From: the human T2T-CHM13v2.0 reference genome, Homo sapiens
Assembly (NCBI RefSeq): GCF_009914755.1
Contig: NC_060931.1
DNA length: 64,000 nt
Direction: 5' to 3' (one strand)
The notes beneath the pieces are model-generated. The model ran no database searches. It saw nothing but the letters and a program-made list of their open reading frames with translations, and had not been told where the DNA came from. Of this stretch, positions 1-13,181 are shown piece by piece; positions within the stretch are counted from its first letter, which is position 1, and the number at the start of each line of letters is the position of its first letter. Both the position numbers and the translations under genes were made by a program.

Positions 1-619
1 TGGCTTTGGTATTTTGTCAGTCTCTATTTTTTGCCCCTGTGATTGGACCCACTCAAGTGTTGCCTTCTGCAATGCTGTTGAGAGGCTCTCCAGAGCAGTC
101 TGTCTTACAACACCCTGAACAGACCTCCAAATGTGATGGCTGTAATCAATTGCCCAATAGCCTTCAAATAATGTTTTTGTAGGCAGATCTTTTCACCTGG
201 TGGCTACAAAAGTGAATCATTCTACTCCATATACACATATTACAAGCAAAAAATGGAAAAAAGAAAAACTGCATTAATGTCTGAAGGGAAGAAAATCTAT
301 ATATGAATGTATGAAAGCTTAAAATTACAGGAGTCTACATAAAATCATCATTGTCAGTTCTCAAACATAAGTTGTGGTGTACAAACACCATTTCCTTAAA
401 AGGTAAATTGCAAGATGTAACATTAATAACCATTCTAGAAGAATAAAACATGTATCTTGTTTACTAGAACAGAACTAGCTGTTTTTCTTAAAAGCATTTC
501 AGTGAGTTATGTTCATTTTTATGGTAATGAAAGGGAAGGCCCTTCTGTCAGTAGTCTATCTGCAGTTTTCTGCAGGTATTATTATACATTCTCTTTCTAA
601 ATGTCAAGTATAAAATAGA

Positions 620-1207
620 GCAACATTGCTGGTGAGGACACAACATGGTACAGGCTGAGGAGAACATTTTGGTGGTTCCTCTTAAACATGGACTAACCAC
701 AGACCCAGAAATTCTACTCCCAGCTGCATACTACATAGACATGAAAATATTTGTCTGCACAAAATCTTGTTCACTAATGTCTATGACAATATTCTTCATG
801 ATAGCCCAAACATGCAAACAATCCAAATATCCATCAGCTGATGAAAGGCCAAACCGATGTGTTATATCCATGCAATGGAATCGTTTTTTGGACATGAAAA
901 AGAAGGATGAACAGGTCCCCACAAGGATGAACCTAGAAATCATCATGCTAAGTGATGCCATAGGAGAGCCCACAGGAGGGAAGTCTACAGAGACAGAAAG
1001 TGGATTCCTGGTTGTTGCGGCTTGGGGGGACGGGTGGATAGGTGGATAGGTGGATAGGAAGGTGACAGCTACAGGGTACAAAGCTTCTTCCTGAGGTGAT
1101 GAAAATTTTTTTCTAATTTAATGTGGTGGTGGGTGCACATGTGTGGTTGTACCATAAAACCCATTGAATTCTACACTTCAAGTTGCTGAATTATTTGGTA
1201 TATGAAC
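620..1207 (+). mobile_element. Old L1 (L1MB/L1MC-like) ORF2 end and 3' UTR fragment
   Basis: Decayed L1 3' motifs: gacccagaaattctactcc, ttcatgatagcccaaacatgcaaacaatccaaatatccatca, gatgaacctagaaatcatcatgctaagtga, gacagaaagtggattcctggttg, ggtgatgaaaattttt. Explains ORFs 645-1049 and 731-1081. Confidence 0.8.
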
Positions 1208-1217
1208 GACATCACAA

Positions 1218-1340
1218 GAGGGGGAGGAAGGGGAGCAGACGAGGGGAGGGAGAGTGAGGGGTAGAGGAGCTAAGAGGAGAGGGAGGGGGAGGGGGAGCAG
1301 AGAGAAAGGGGAGAGGGAGGGAGGAGGAGAGGACAGGAGA
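1218..1340 (+). repeat. GA-rich low-complexity purine tract upstream of POM121L12
   Basis: About 120 bp of almost pure G/A with many GGG-GGGGG runs. Confidence 0.9.
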
Positions 1341-1356
1341 CCATGGTAGCTCCTAG

Positions 1357-2430
<1,074 letters not shown>

Positions 2431-2767
2431 GGGCTCTGCTACCCACCTCCGGAGACACAAGCCCACGTATCTACTTTCACTTGCTCATCCTTGCTCTACC
2501 TCAACGTGGGGCCCTGACACCACGTTATCAAACATGCAGCCCCCACACCCCTCGTCTGCCCGCCCCCAGATCTTCCCTCTGTGCTCCCTGCCACCCCAGC
2601 AGCTGTTGATTTCAGAACCCTTGCCTTCGCCCTGCTGGCCCTCTCCTCCCTGCCCTTCTTCCTGCCCTTCCTCTGAAAAGAGGCATTTCGGGAAGGCTTG
2701 CTTTTTCTCCATGTCTCCCAGTTTGTATAGTTAAATTGTCCAGTTGTATAGTTAAATATTTGATCTT

Positions 2768-2773
2768 ATTAAA
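2768..2773 (+). terminator. Probable POM121L12 poly(A) signal (ATTAAA)
   Basis: Variant hexamer ~345 nt after the stop codon, where GC-rich sequence gives way to AT-rich sequence. Confidence 0.6.
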
Positions 2774-2834
2774 AACATTTGTCTGCAGAAAATCTATTTA
2801 TAATAATAACAATCAAAAAAGCTTTTTATGCCAA

Positions 2835-3860
2835 AAGAAAGGGCAAAGTGTGTTCCAGGCAGGGGCAAGGGCAAAGATTCTGTATGGGGAATAATTCCTA
2901 TTTATTTGAAGTCCAAATATAAGTCCAGTAGAGTTGGAGACTAGTGAGAGAGAAGATATGAGGTTAGAGAAATAGACTGTGATGAAGTACTATAAGGCAT
3001 TGGGACCAGAGTACAGGGTTTATTCTAAAACCATGAGTGTTAAGCAGAGGACAGTCTATGATCTGGTTGATATTTTTAAAAACACGATTCTGGCTACAGC
3101 AATGGAAATGGAAACCATAGGAGATCAATACAGTATTTCAAGCAATCCATGGGGATGGTTTGGTCTGAGAGGCAAATGCTACATCTGGAAGGATACAGAC
3201 AAGTTTGAGGTTGAACTAAAAGATAGTGTGGGACCTGCTAGTGCCCTAGATGTTAGCACTGGGAAAGGGGAAGGGTCCAACAGTTTTAGCTTATGGGCTT
3301 AAGAAACTGGATGATGATAGTGTCATTTATCGGGATGGACACTACCAATAGGAGAAAATATTTGAAGAAATCAGGAGTTTTGTTCAGGGCGTGTTCTCTA
3401 CAACAACAAAAACACTTGCTATGCTGCTGGTCCTGTTAACTGTGCTATAGAAAAAAATAATCCTGAAACTCATTGGAGGGTTTGAACCTGGCAAAATAAA
3501 TCTGGGAATCATGAACATATAAATTCCTTATGACATAGAAATGGTCCTTAAAACCACAGGCTACTTGAGATCACTTATGCAGAAAATATGGAGAAGGGCA
3601 AGGGTGAAGCCTAGGGTACTCCAACATTTACAACATGAAAGATCGGAGAATGGAGAAAGAAGAACCCTCAAAACCAAGAACCATGAGGGAGAAGGAAATC
3701 CAGGAGCAGCAGGGACACTGAGGATTCCAGAGCATGGAATTTATCCACCACGGTGGCTGCCTTTGAGAAGAGATGTTCTTTCCCTGATTTCAGAAGAGAA
3801 ATTGTTTTAGAGTGTTGGAAGTGGGAAGCCTGAACTGCATGGGAGATGGAAGGAAGGGAG
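2835..3860 (-). mobile_element. L2 (LINE-2) fragments; resumes ~4245-4630 after the MST LTR
   Basis: Purine-rich antisense L2 motifs: gtgttccaggcagggg, tttaaaaacacgattctggct, gaaactggatgatgatagtgtcattt, tcaggagttttgttcagggcgtgtt. Confidence 0.7.
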
Positions 3861-3862
3861 GG

Positions 3863-4243
3863 TGTGTTAGTCCGTTTGCATTGCCACGAAGAAATACCTG
3901 AGATTGGGTAAATTTAGAAAGAAAAGAGTTTAATTTTTGTTCTGCAAGCTATACAGGAAGTGTGGTGCCAACACTGGCTTCTGGTGAGGTCTCCGGAAGC
4001 TTCCAGCCATGGCGGATGGCCAAGGGTGAGCCTCACATGGAGACAGGTATCAAGCAAGGAGAGAGCAGGGAAGTCCTAGAGTCTTTATAAAAGATCAGCT
4101 GGCATGTATCACCAAGGGAATGGCCCCAAGCCATTCATTAGGGATCTGCCTTGGGATCCAACACCTCCCACCAGGTCCATCTCCAACATCAGTGGTTACA
4201 TTTCAACATGAGATTTGGAGGGGACACACATCCAAACTATATC
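3863..4243 (-). mobile_element. MaLR solo LTR (MSTB-like)
   Basis: Begins tgtgttagtccgtttgcattgc and ends catgagatttggaggggacacacatccaaactatatca, i.e. reverse-complement MST termini; ~380 bp. Confidence 0.85.
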
Positions 4244-6052
4244 ATCAGGCTTGGAGTCAGGGACTGTAGAAGCCACTAGGAGATATTAGGTTGTGAAGTA
4301 AAGCGGGCAATAAGACTGCTGGAGGAATTTTACTTTGTCTTTAGATTTTCTTTTAAGAAAGGATAGGGGGCAAATGTGAATAAGAATGGTATCTACACTC
4401 TTGTCCAAGCCATGAAGGTCTTGGAATTCAAGAAAAAGTGTGGCTTTGCTTTCAGCTGAGGGGCAGTGCACAGGCAAGATGAATTAAGGATGGGCAGGTG
4501 AAGAGAACATTTGTAGAAGTTAAGGTTTGTGGGATTTTCTGATGATTCCTCATGAGTTTCAGAGGGGACCGTGTGAGGTTTGAGAAGACAGGATGCGAGG
4601 TTGGGTCAGAAATGGAATGGACTGGGAAGGACTCATTAGTCTGGAAAGAGATTGCTCACCTGGTAATTCAAAGCACTATCTCAGAGTAATGTGGTTGATC
4701 AATTACCTTATGGAACAGAGTATTTATCTGGAATGTAGGGGTACATTTTAGCAAGAGGGCAAGGACTCTTTACTGTGCACCAGCATTGCAATAGCTAAGG
4801 AACAGTGATTCCCCTGTGAACAGTAGCAAAGGAAGCCTCCTTCCTTGTAGCACAAGGGCCTGGCAATGGGATGTGAATAGACAAATCCCTTGGAGAGAGC
4901 AGATATTCTGAAACAGATATGCAAGAACTTAATATACGAAAATGGTGACATTCAAAATCTCTGTGAAAATAATTAATTGCTGAAGAAATTGAATTGCAAC
5001 TGTTGGACTCCCAATTAGGAATATGTGTATATAATTAGTACACTCAAATATCTTGTGCCCCAGGATCTCTTTAGTAGCCCAATGCCTTTATACTTCTATC
5101 AATTTAACTGCACTTTTACCATAAATTCACTTAAATGTGTTACCAAACCAGTCCATGAAAAACTTTTTAGTTACATAGGTAATCTATTTCATAGAAGAAT
5201 GAAATGTAAGTGCAGAAAGAGAGTTATTTATTTCCATGTAAGCTTAATAATTTGGAAACACTTAAGTAGAGTTAAACAAAACAATTCTTCTGAATTAGGT
5301 GTGAGCCAGTTATAATACACTGGAAAATATCTACAAGGAATAAAAACTTGAAAGACAAGTGACAGGAGAGGAGGCTACTTTTATAACCCACATAGCAGAC
5401 CAGGGTTATTATTCCACAATGGTAAGACATCACTAAATATCAATGATAAAAAAATAGAGAATACATAGAATCACTAAAAACATAACTATGCAGTTCATGT
5501 AATAAATAGTTCAAATTATTAATAAACATATAAAATACTCAAAAGTGTTCTATATATTCAGAGAAATACATATATGTGGAATTTCCACTCATCATTGCCA
5601 AAAACAAGGTCTGCTAATATCCTTCCTTTGTAGGAGAAACAGATATCATGTAAATTTGATAAATTGATCAGAATGAGAGTCTGCAAATTATCTTTCCATG
5701 TAACTTTTTAATTATTCTTCTATTTTGGCAGTGTCATTTAATTTTAATAAAGGATTCAATATGCAATAAAGAGATGAGCCATGAACTGGGCCAAATAGCA
5801 TAGCTTTGAAATACATTAACAAAACAAGAAAGACAAGAACAAAAATAGAAAAAAGAAGGAGGCATTTTTATGACTTAGACGTTGGCACAAAAATATCTAA
5901 CATCGTACAGAAATGGTTACAGCTGATAAGAAGTTTATGATTTAAAAAGCTTGATTTTATTTCTCATATGGGAGCCACAAGGACTCCTTTTGTCCCTACT
6001 ATTAATTTCTAAGTCACTTGTTTTATTTTCCCTTCAAAACCACATGCTGATT

Positions 6053-6303
6053 TTGTCTTTTTTGTTTTGTTTAGTTTTGTTTTTTAGAGACAGGGTCTAA
6101 CTCTGACTGTTGCCCAGGCTGGAGTAAAGTGGTGACCTCATGGCTCATGGCAGCCTTGAACTCCTGGGTTCAAGCAATCCTCTTGCTTCAGGCCCGAGCC
6201 ACTATGCCTTGCTAAATTTTTGTAAATTTTTTGTAGAGATGGAGTCTTGTTACATTGCCTTGGCCTCCTGAAGTGCTGGGATTACTGGCAAAGCCACTAG
6301 CCT
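6053..6303 (-). mobile_element. Degenerate AluJ with internal deletions
   Basis: T-rich tail, gagacagggtct, tgcccaggctggagt, ttgaactcctgggttcaagcaatcctc, agtgctgggattac. Confidence 0.85.
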
Positions 6304-7385
6304 AGTGTTAATCTTTGACAGTACAGATAAAGGAAAGGGACAAAGGAACCAAAGGAAATGATGGAGCATTTTTCCAAAACCTACCATGACCATGACATCT
6401 GTTTCTTTCTCCTTTTTCTCCTAAATGCCACTCTTAGTTGGCTGTGATTTCAGAGGGCAGGGGACTTCCTTTAAAATAAGAAGAGTTCCACTTCTATTTT
6501 ACTTTAATATTTAATAAAATATTGCATACAACCACATGAATAATACATGTAACATAAAATTATATTAAAGGAAATTACAAAAAATTTCATAAAGTACTAC
6601 GGAAAACAATGGAGCTTGAAATGTGTGTGCAAATTTATGTTATATATACACACATATAAATTATATATGATAAACACAAACACAATTTTTTACCTGTTAC
6701 TCTCAATGTTTTGGATAAACTGAACATTTTGCTTAAAAAGAGGTATCACAAAGCAACATATTGTTTTAACTTTTAATATAAAGTTATAGTTATCAAATTT
6801 TAAATAAGAAATCCAAGTTTTGTGACGTGAAAGAGTCTGCTAATCAAAGTTCTGCATAACCCATACCCACAATATGACACCTTTTAAATCATAGTTTGAT
6901 TTATTTTAAAGTGAGACCGGAATTTAAGTATTTACAAAACAATACGAATGCGGATTACTTATAGATTTTTTCCCCCAGTGTTTTATAGGTAATTTGCTCA
7001 CATGTAATTCAGAATTGTTTTTGGCAACTCCACTTAGGTCTTCCCAAATTGTTAAACTAATTTAGAGAAGCAACAGCTCTTTCTGCATTTACGTTTTATT
7101 CTTCCACAAAATAATTAATTAAAAGTTTTGTCATGGACAGGTTTGATGGAACATTTAACTGAATTTCTGTTAAAAGTGTAATTAAACTGATAGCAGCATA
7201 AGGGTTGTTAGATACTAAAGAGAGCCTGTTGCAAAGGAGAAATGAGTGTCTAATTAGATACTTTTATTCTTGTATGTGTAAATAGATTGTGATCTTGATG
7301 CATATATGTGTGTATATATATAATACTTTTGAAGTAGAGGTACACTTAGACATGTATAAATAGAACATGTTCCTACTATGTATAT

Positions 7386-8675
7386 ATAGGGATCTTCAAA
7401 AAATTCATGAAAAATGAATAATTGTGGAAAACTATGCATGCATTTCAGTTTTGTTTTGAACCAAAATGAATGCATACTAACTTATTAGAACATGTCTGTA
7501 CAAGATCTAGTTTGAAGCACTGAGAAGAATAAAACATCAGTTTTAAAAGAGCCCCTATCAGAGTAACATGAGTTCTGCTATTAATTGAAGTAAGTATAAA
7601 CATCCAATGTATGATGAACCTTGAGTAGAAGAAAGGTGAAATCACTAACGCTTTATGAGAAGTTTATGTGAACAATGGCCTGAAAAATGGCAGTTTACAA
7701 ATGGAGAACTTATTTTAAGAAGGGAGGAGATGATGCTGAAAATGAAGCCCAAAGTGGCAGTTCATCCACATCAGTTTGCAAGGAAAAAATTTGCTTTGTT
7801 CATACCCTAATTGAAGAGGACCAGTGATTAACAGCAGAAACAATAGCCAACACTATGGACATCTCAATTGGTTTAGCTTACATGGTTCTGACTGAAAAAT
7901 TAAAATTGATCAAACTTTCCACTCAATAGTGCCAAAAACCACTGAGCCCAGATTAGCTGCAGACAAGAGCAGAGCTTTCAATGGCAATTTTAAACAAGTA
8001 GGATCTTGATCCTACAGTATTTCTTCAAAGAATTGTTACAGGAGATAAAACGTGGCTTTACCAGTATAGTCTTGAAGGCAAAGCACAAACCAATGTAATG
8101 GCTGCCAAGAGGTGGAAGTGGTCTTAGTCAAAGCAAAAGTGGACTTGTCAAGAGCAAGCTCAGGGCAACGGATTTTGGGAATGCTCAAGGCATTTTCCTT
8201 TTTGACGTTCCAGAGGACCAAAGAACAGTAACTGTTGCTTATTATGAGAGTGTTTTCAGAAAGCGAGCCAAAACTTTTAACAGAAAAACACCCAGAAAAG
8301 CTTCACCAGAGAGTCCTTCACCATCAGGAAAACACTCCTGCTCATTCCTCTTATCACAAATGGGCAGTTTTGCAAGTTTCCATGGAAAATTTAGCTTATG
8401 GTCCTGATTTGGCTACTTCTGACTTCATTGCGTTTCCTAATTTTAAAAAGTCTTTAAAGGACACTCATTTTTCTTCATTTAATAATGTAAAATGATAGCA
8501 TTGACATAAATTCCCAAAAGTCTCCGTTCTTTAAGGATGAACTAAATGGCTGCTATCATTAATTACAAAAGTATCTTAAGCTTGATGAAGCTTATGTTAA
8601 AAAAATAAAGTCACTATTTTTTAAATTTTTTATCTTTTAGTTCCATTTTCCCATGAACTTTTTGAAGTCTCCTCA
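7386..8675 (+). mobile_element. Full-length decayed Hsmar2 mariner DNA transposon
   Basis: ~1.29 kb with ~30-bp TIRs (tagggatcttcaaaaaattcatgaaaaatg ... cattttcccatgaactttttgaagtctcctca) flanked by TA. Internal sequence follows the recalled HSMAR2 consensus. Confidence 0.93.
7568..8608 (+). pseudogene. Disrupted mariner transposase of Hsmar2
   Basis: ATG at 7568. Recognisable motifs are IVTGDKTW (~8032-8055), HHQENTPAH (cf. HHDNAPAH) and YGPDLATSDF (cf. YSPDLAPSDF). Multiple stops and frameshifts. Confidence 0.9.
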
Positions 8676-10431
8676 TATATGTGAATAAGTTTATATAGCA
8701 ATATGTATTCACAAACATACTTACACATACACATAATATATTATGAATATTAACATAGATTGAAAGCCAGCACACTAGCTTAAGAAGAAATTTCAGAATT
8801 CTCATGTAATGAATGATAGTTAAATCCACAGAATTAAATAAGCTAGTAAAGGAAGAATATAAAGAGAGTGAACTTGATCAACAGGAAAAAAAAAAACCCG
8901 AAACTTAAAAAAAATTAAAGTAGCTAGAATACAGTTCCAGGGATTAATTCATAGCTATTGATAAAGAATAACTAATAGTATTTCTTACAGAAAATGTAAC
9001 ATAAGAATTAAAATTTGTATTTTCAAGATTATTTGGGGTTTCATGTGTTTGCTAGGACCAAATATTTCTCAAATATTTAATGTTTTAGATATAATTGCAA
9101 TGAAAATCAGCAAAAAGAGCAAAAAGTATCATCTTAATGTTTGATTATGCTATTAACTCAAATTTTATTGGTTATGAGTTTTTTTAAAATGCAAGTGATA
9201 GATTTAGTATAATTTTATCAGTATATTCAGTCACTCCACCAGTGACCACAGAGCAAATCTCAATCTTACTTATGAAAAATAGGCACATTTTTGTATCTGT
9301 ATTTTAAAAGTGTACTTGAAGTTGTAGTTCTTTTTTCTTTGCAGAATTCTTACATCCAATTTTAGCACTCTCTAGAAAAACAGAAGTCCTAAAAAGTGCA
9401 TTATTATATTTTAGAAAAATGTAAGAATGTTTTTTATCAAAAATGATTTCTCTTACATGCTCTTAAAATGTGATATCCTTAGCTAAATGTATGACATTTC
9501 TCCAAGATGTGAAATTATTCTATTGAACAGCAAAAGCAATAAAAATTCTTTAAGTAATTATAATCCCCCACATTTTGTGATTTGGGAAAATAATAATTAT
9601 AACAATAGGTCACATCATAAGCTTGAAATTTTATGCTATAATAATTTAAATATTTTACATTAAACTTTCAAAAAAGAATTATTTGAAGTAATATAGTAAG
9701 CTGTTGGAAGTGCACTGTTTTTGAAGGTAGAATTACATTTAAGTCAATGGTCTTTTGATAGAACATGGTCTTGCTTTCTCTTATTTCTGTCTTTCCCAAT
9801 CCACGCCAGCAGCAGCAGCCCTGCACTAGCATCTATTGATGAGCGTGAGTAAACAAGGAGAGGGTTCAGCCCAGCCTCACCAGCCCAGAGAGCTCAACAG
9901 TGTATTTGTCTTTGTGGTTAGTCTACTCAAAATTCACAAAGGATTAGTGTTAAGTGTTCTTGAGACAGAGACATGCAGACAAACAGATGGTCAAATTATA
10001 AACTATATAAAAAAGGGACAAGGAGTGCATGCTCTGAAGGAAAAGGAAGATCCTTTAAGATGAGGTGCATTTGTCCCCCAGAATTAGAGCTTAACTCTTC
10101 ACCAAAGGGACACTAACAGAAATAAACCCTATCCAAGGACATTGCTTTCAAAATGCCTGCTTTTAAATTCTCATTTCTATCTCAGGTCTGATCATTTGTT
10201 CTTGAGGTTTTGAGTCCAGATTGTTCCAAATATTCTCCTGCTGGGCCTGGGTGTTGCTGTCTTCCTTCCCGGTCATTGCCCGCTCATGGCTCTGACCTGT
10301 TCACAAGCAGACTCGGTGCTCACAGCACAGGCTCCTTGTCTTTTGCCCAAGGTCTCTTGTGTAGTTTTCTACTCTGTTTTTCTTAGTCTAGTTATGGCAG
10401 TCCGCAGCTTTGAAACAAAAATGATAATACT

Positions 10432-10555
10432 AACTTTATATTTTAAAATAATTGTAGGTTTATAGAAGAGTTTCCACATATCTTTTACTCAGTTTCCCCT
10501 AATGCCAGCCTTTTCCAGCACCATGGGATATTTATCAAAAGTTAAGAAATTAACC
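10432..10555 (-). mobile_element. L1MC4-like 3' UTR, left part (continues at 14249)
   Basis: ttttaaaataattgtaggtttatagaagag...actcagtttcccctaatg...atttatcaaaagttaagaaattaacc is the typical antisense L1MC 3' end. Confidence 0.65.
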
Positions 10556-10654
10556 AGCCATTCCCTAAAGTGGTAATAATTATAAATGACATCAAGACAC
10601 CCTTTAGGCACCACAGAAAACTACAATGAAGAAAATATTATATACAAGTGAAAA

Positions 10655-11200
10655 TATAAACAAAGCTGAGTAGCAATATTTTCAGAAAATGTCAGTTTTA
10701 AAATATGAGATAGTTAAATTGATCATAGGTACATTGGTATAATGAAGGGAATTACCAAATAACGAAGGTATAATTCTTATCAACATGTACAGAATATCAC
10801 AGCATTCAATCAGAGAAATAACAATGATTATCTGGAGAATGTATGCAGAAACATGAAAAGATAATAAAAAAAAAACATAACAAATAAAAAGATAAGTAAA
10901 TAAAAACAATTTAAAAGACTGCAGTAGAAACACTGGAGATGCTCTTTTTCTTCTACTAGACTACCAAAGATGAAAGGCTGCTGATCCACAATGTATTTAA
11001 GGACACGCTGAAATTCATCCTTCCAAGTACTTCAAACAATTAAAATCTTCCCAGTAGGCAATTTAGCAGTATGCGTCAAACATCCTTAAAAAGTCAATGC
11101 TTTGAATGTATTCTTTCTAATTTTAGGAAATTATCATCGGAAAAATAATGGGGATTAAACAGCCACAAGAGTATTTTTAAAATCCTAATCTCACGACAAA
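10655..11200 (+). mobile_element. Very old L1 (L1ME-like) fragments
   Basis: Decayed endonuclease-region DNA (aaagctgagtagcaatattttcaga...ataatgaagggaatt) and a 3'-end motif (ggcaatttagcagtatgcgtcaaa). Confidence 0.5.
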
Positions 11201-11239
11201 TGCATTGGTTTGAATCAAAGATTTAAATGCAAAAATTGA

Positions 11240-11587
11240 GGTCGGATGTGGTGGCTCACCCCTGTAATCCCAGCACTTTGGGAGGCTGAGGGGGGTGGAT
11301 CACTTGAGGTCAGGAGTCTGAGACCAGCCAGGCCAACATGGTGAAACTCCGTCTCTATTAAAAATACAAAATTAGTCAGATGTGGTGGTATACGCCTGTA
11401 ATTCCAGCTACTTGGGAGGCTGAGATGGGAGAATCGCTTGAACCCCGGGAGGTGGAGGTTGCAGTGAGCCGAGATGGTGCCACCACACTCCAGCCTGGGT
11501 GACAGAGCAGAGCAAGACTCCATCGCAAAAAATAAATAAAATAAAATAAAATAAAATAAAATAAAATAAAATAAAATAAAATAAAAA
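11240..11587 (+). mobile_element. AluS (Sx/Sz-like) with (ATAAA)n tail
   Basis: Full dimeric Alu followed by a pentanucleotide tail at 11527-11587. Confidence 0.95.
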
Positions 11588-11709
11588 TGAATCTTACTCT
11601 TGAAATGCTAGAGGAAGATAGAGGAGAAACTTTACAAAATCTTTAAAAGTGTGTGAAATAAATGAAATATCTAAAAAAAAGAAGCTTATTTCTCTTAAGG
11701 ACTTTTCCA

Positions 11710-12034
11710 TTTTCTGTTTTCTTTCCTGGAACTCTGCCTATCTCCAGATAGCTCACTTCCACTTAACTCAAGTCTCTGCTCAGAGATGACCTTCCCTGCC
11801 CACCTGGTCTGAAACCCTGGCCCCTTCTCTACCCTGCCTTGCTGTACAACAACCCCTCACCTTGCTCTCTTTTTCTTCATAGGATTTGTCCACGATTGAG
11901 TTTATAATTGATATTTACTTGTGTGTTGCTCTCCCAGTAGAATATAAACCCTTGAGAGAAGGGATATTTTTATTCATGATTATGTCCCCAGAGTCCAGAA
12001 CAGGCACCTGAATATTTGTTGAATGCATGCATGA
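11710..12034 (+). mobile_element. L2a 3' end
   Basis: caagtctctgctcagagatgacctt, ctcccagtagaatataaacccttgag, gtccccagagtccagaacagg, aatatttgttgaatgcatg. Confidence 0.85.
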
Positions 12035-12290
12035 GTCAAATAATGAAACACAGTATTAAATAGTGATTAAAAATGAGAATGTGGCTACACATTTATAGAC
12101 AAAGCAGAATATGTAAAATGCATTACAATTAAAAAATATATAGAAAATTGTTACAATAAAAGAAAAATTTACATGTAGAGATATAAACTAATTTTTGTAA
12201 AGCCAACATATATTGTATTTATATATAACAAAATACAAAAAAGTAATTAGGACTCAATAATAAGACAAACAACTTGATTAAAAATGGGCC

Positions 12291-13181
12291 TTCATCAGAG
12301 AAATGCAAATCTAAACTACAGTGAAATATCGTCTCACCCAGTTAAAATGGGTTTTAACCAAAATATAGGCAATAACAATTGCTGGCAAAGATGTGGAGAA
12401 AAGGGAACCCTCATACACTGTTGATGAGAATGTAAATTAGAGCAACCTCTATGGAGAACAGTTTGGAGCTCTTTATAAAACTAAAAATAGAAATAACATA
12501 TAATCCAGCAATCCCACCGCTGAGTATATATCCAAAAGAAAGGAAATCAGTATATGGAAGAGATATCTGCACTCCTGTGCTTTTTTCAGCACTATTCACA
12601 ATAGCAAAGATTTGGAAGCAACCCAATTCATCCATCAATAGACAAATGGATAAAGAAAAGGTGGTGCATACACAAAATGGAATACTATTCAGCCATAGGA
12701 AGAATGAGATCCTGTTGTTTGCAACAACATGAGTGGAACTGGACATCATTATATTAAGTGAAATAAGCCAGGCACAGAAATACAAGTATATTTTCACTCA
12801 CTTGTGGGAACTAAAAATTAAAACAATTGAACTCATGGAAACAGAGACTAGAGTAACAGTTACCAGAGGCTGCAAATGGTAGTGGGGGTTAAAGGGTTGG
12901 TTAATGAGTACAAAAATATAGTTACATAGAATGAATAAGATATAGTATTTGATAGCATAACAGAGTGACTACAGTCAACAATAATTTATTGTATATTTTA
13001 AAATAACCTGAAGAGTATAATTGGGTTGTTTGTAATGCAAAGAAAGGATAAATACTTGAGGTGATGGATACTCCATTTCCTGGATGTGATTATTATGCAT
13101 TGCATGCCTGTATCAAAATATCTCATGTACCCCATAAATATATACACCTATTATGTTCCCACAAAAATTAAAAATTAAGAA
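12291..13181 (+). mobile_element. L1MA (L1MA2/3-like) 3' fragment nested in an L1MC
   Basis: ORF2 C-terminal remnant (YNPAIPPLSIYPKERKSVYGRDICTP) plus an L1MA 3' UTR ending tatacacctattatgttcccacaaaaattaaaaatt. The host L1 breaks at aaaaatgggcc (12290) and resumes at gtgccaaaatcttaacag. Confidence 0.85.

Noticed and set aside
8235-8495. 86-aa transposase-like ORF as an active or domesticated gene
   Set aside because: Fragment of the broken Hsmar2 transposase; the catalytic motif is altered and no splice context is evident.
11215-11523. Alu-derived ORFs (also 20107-20442, 24147-24389, 30880-31189, 39140-39895, 50227-50754)
   Set aside because: Standard antisense Alu translations.
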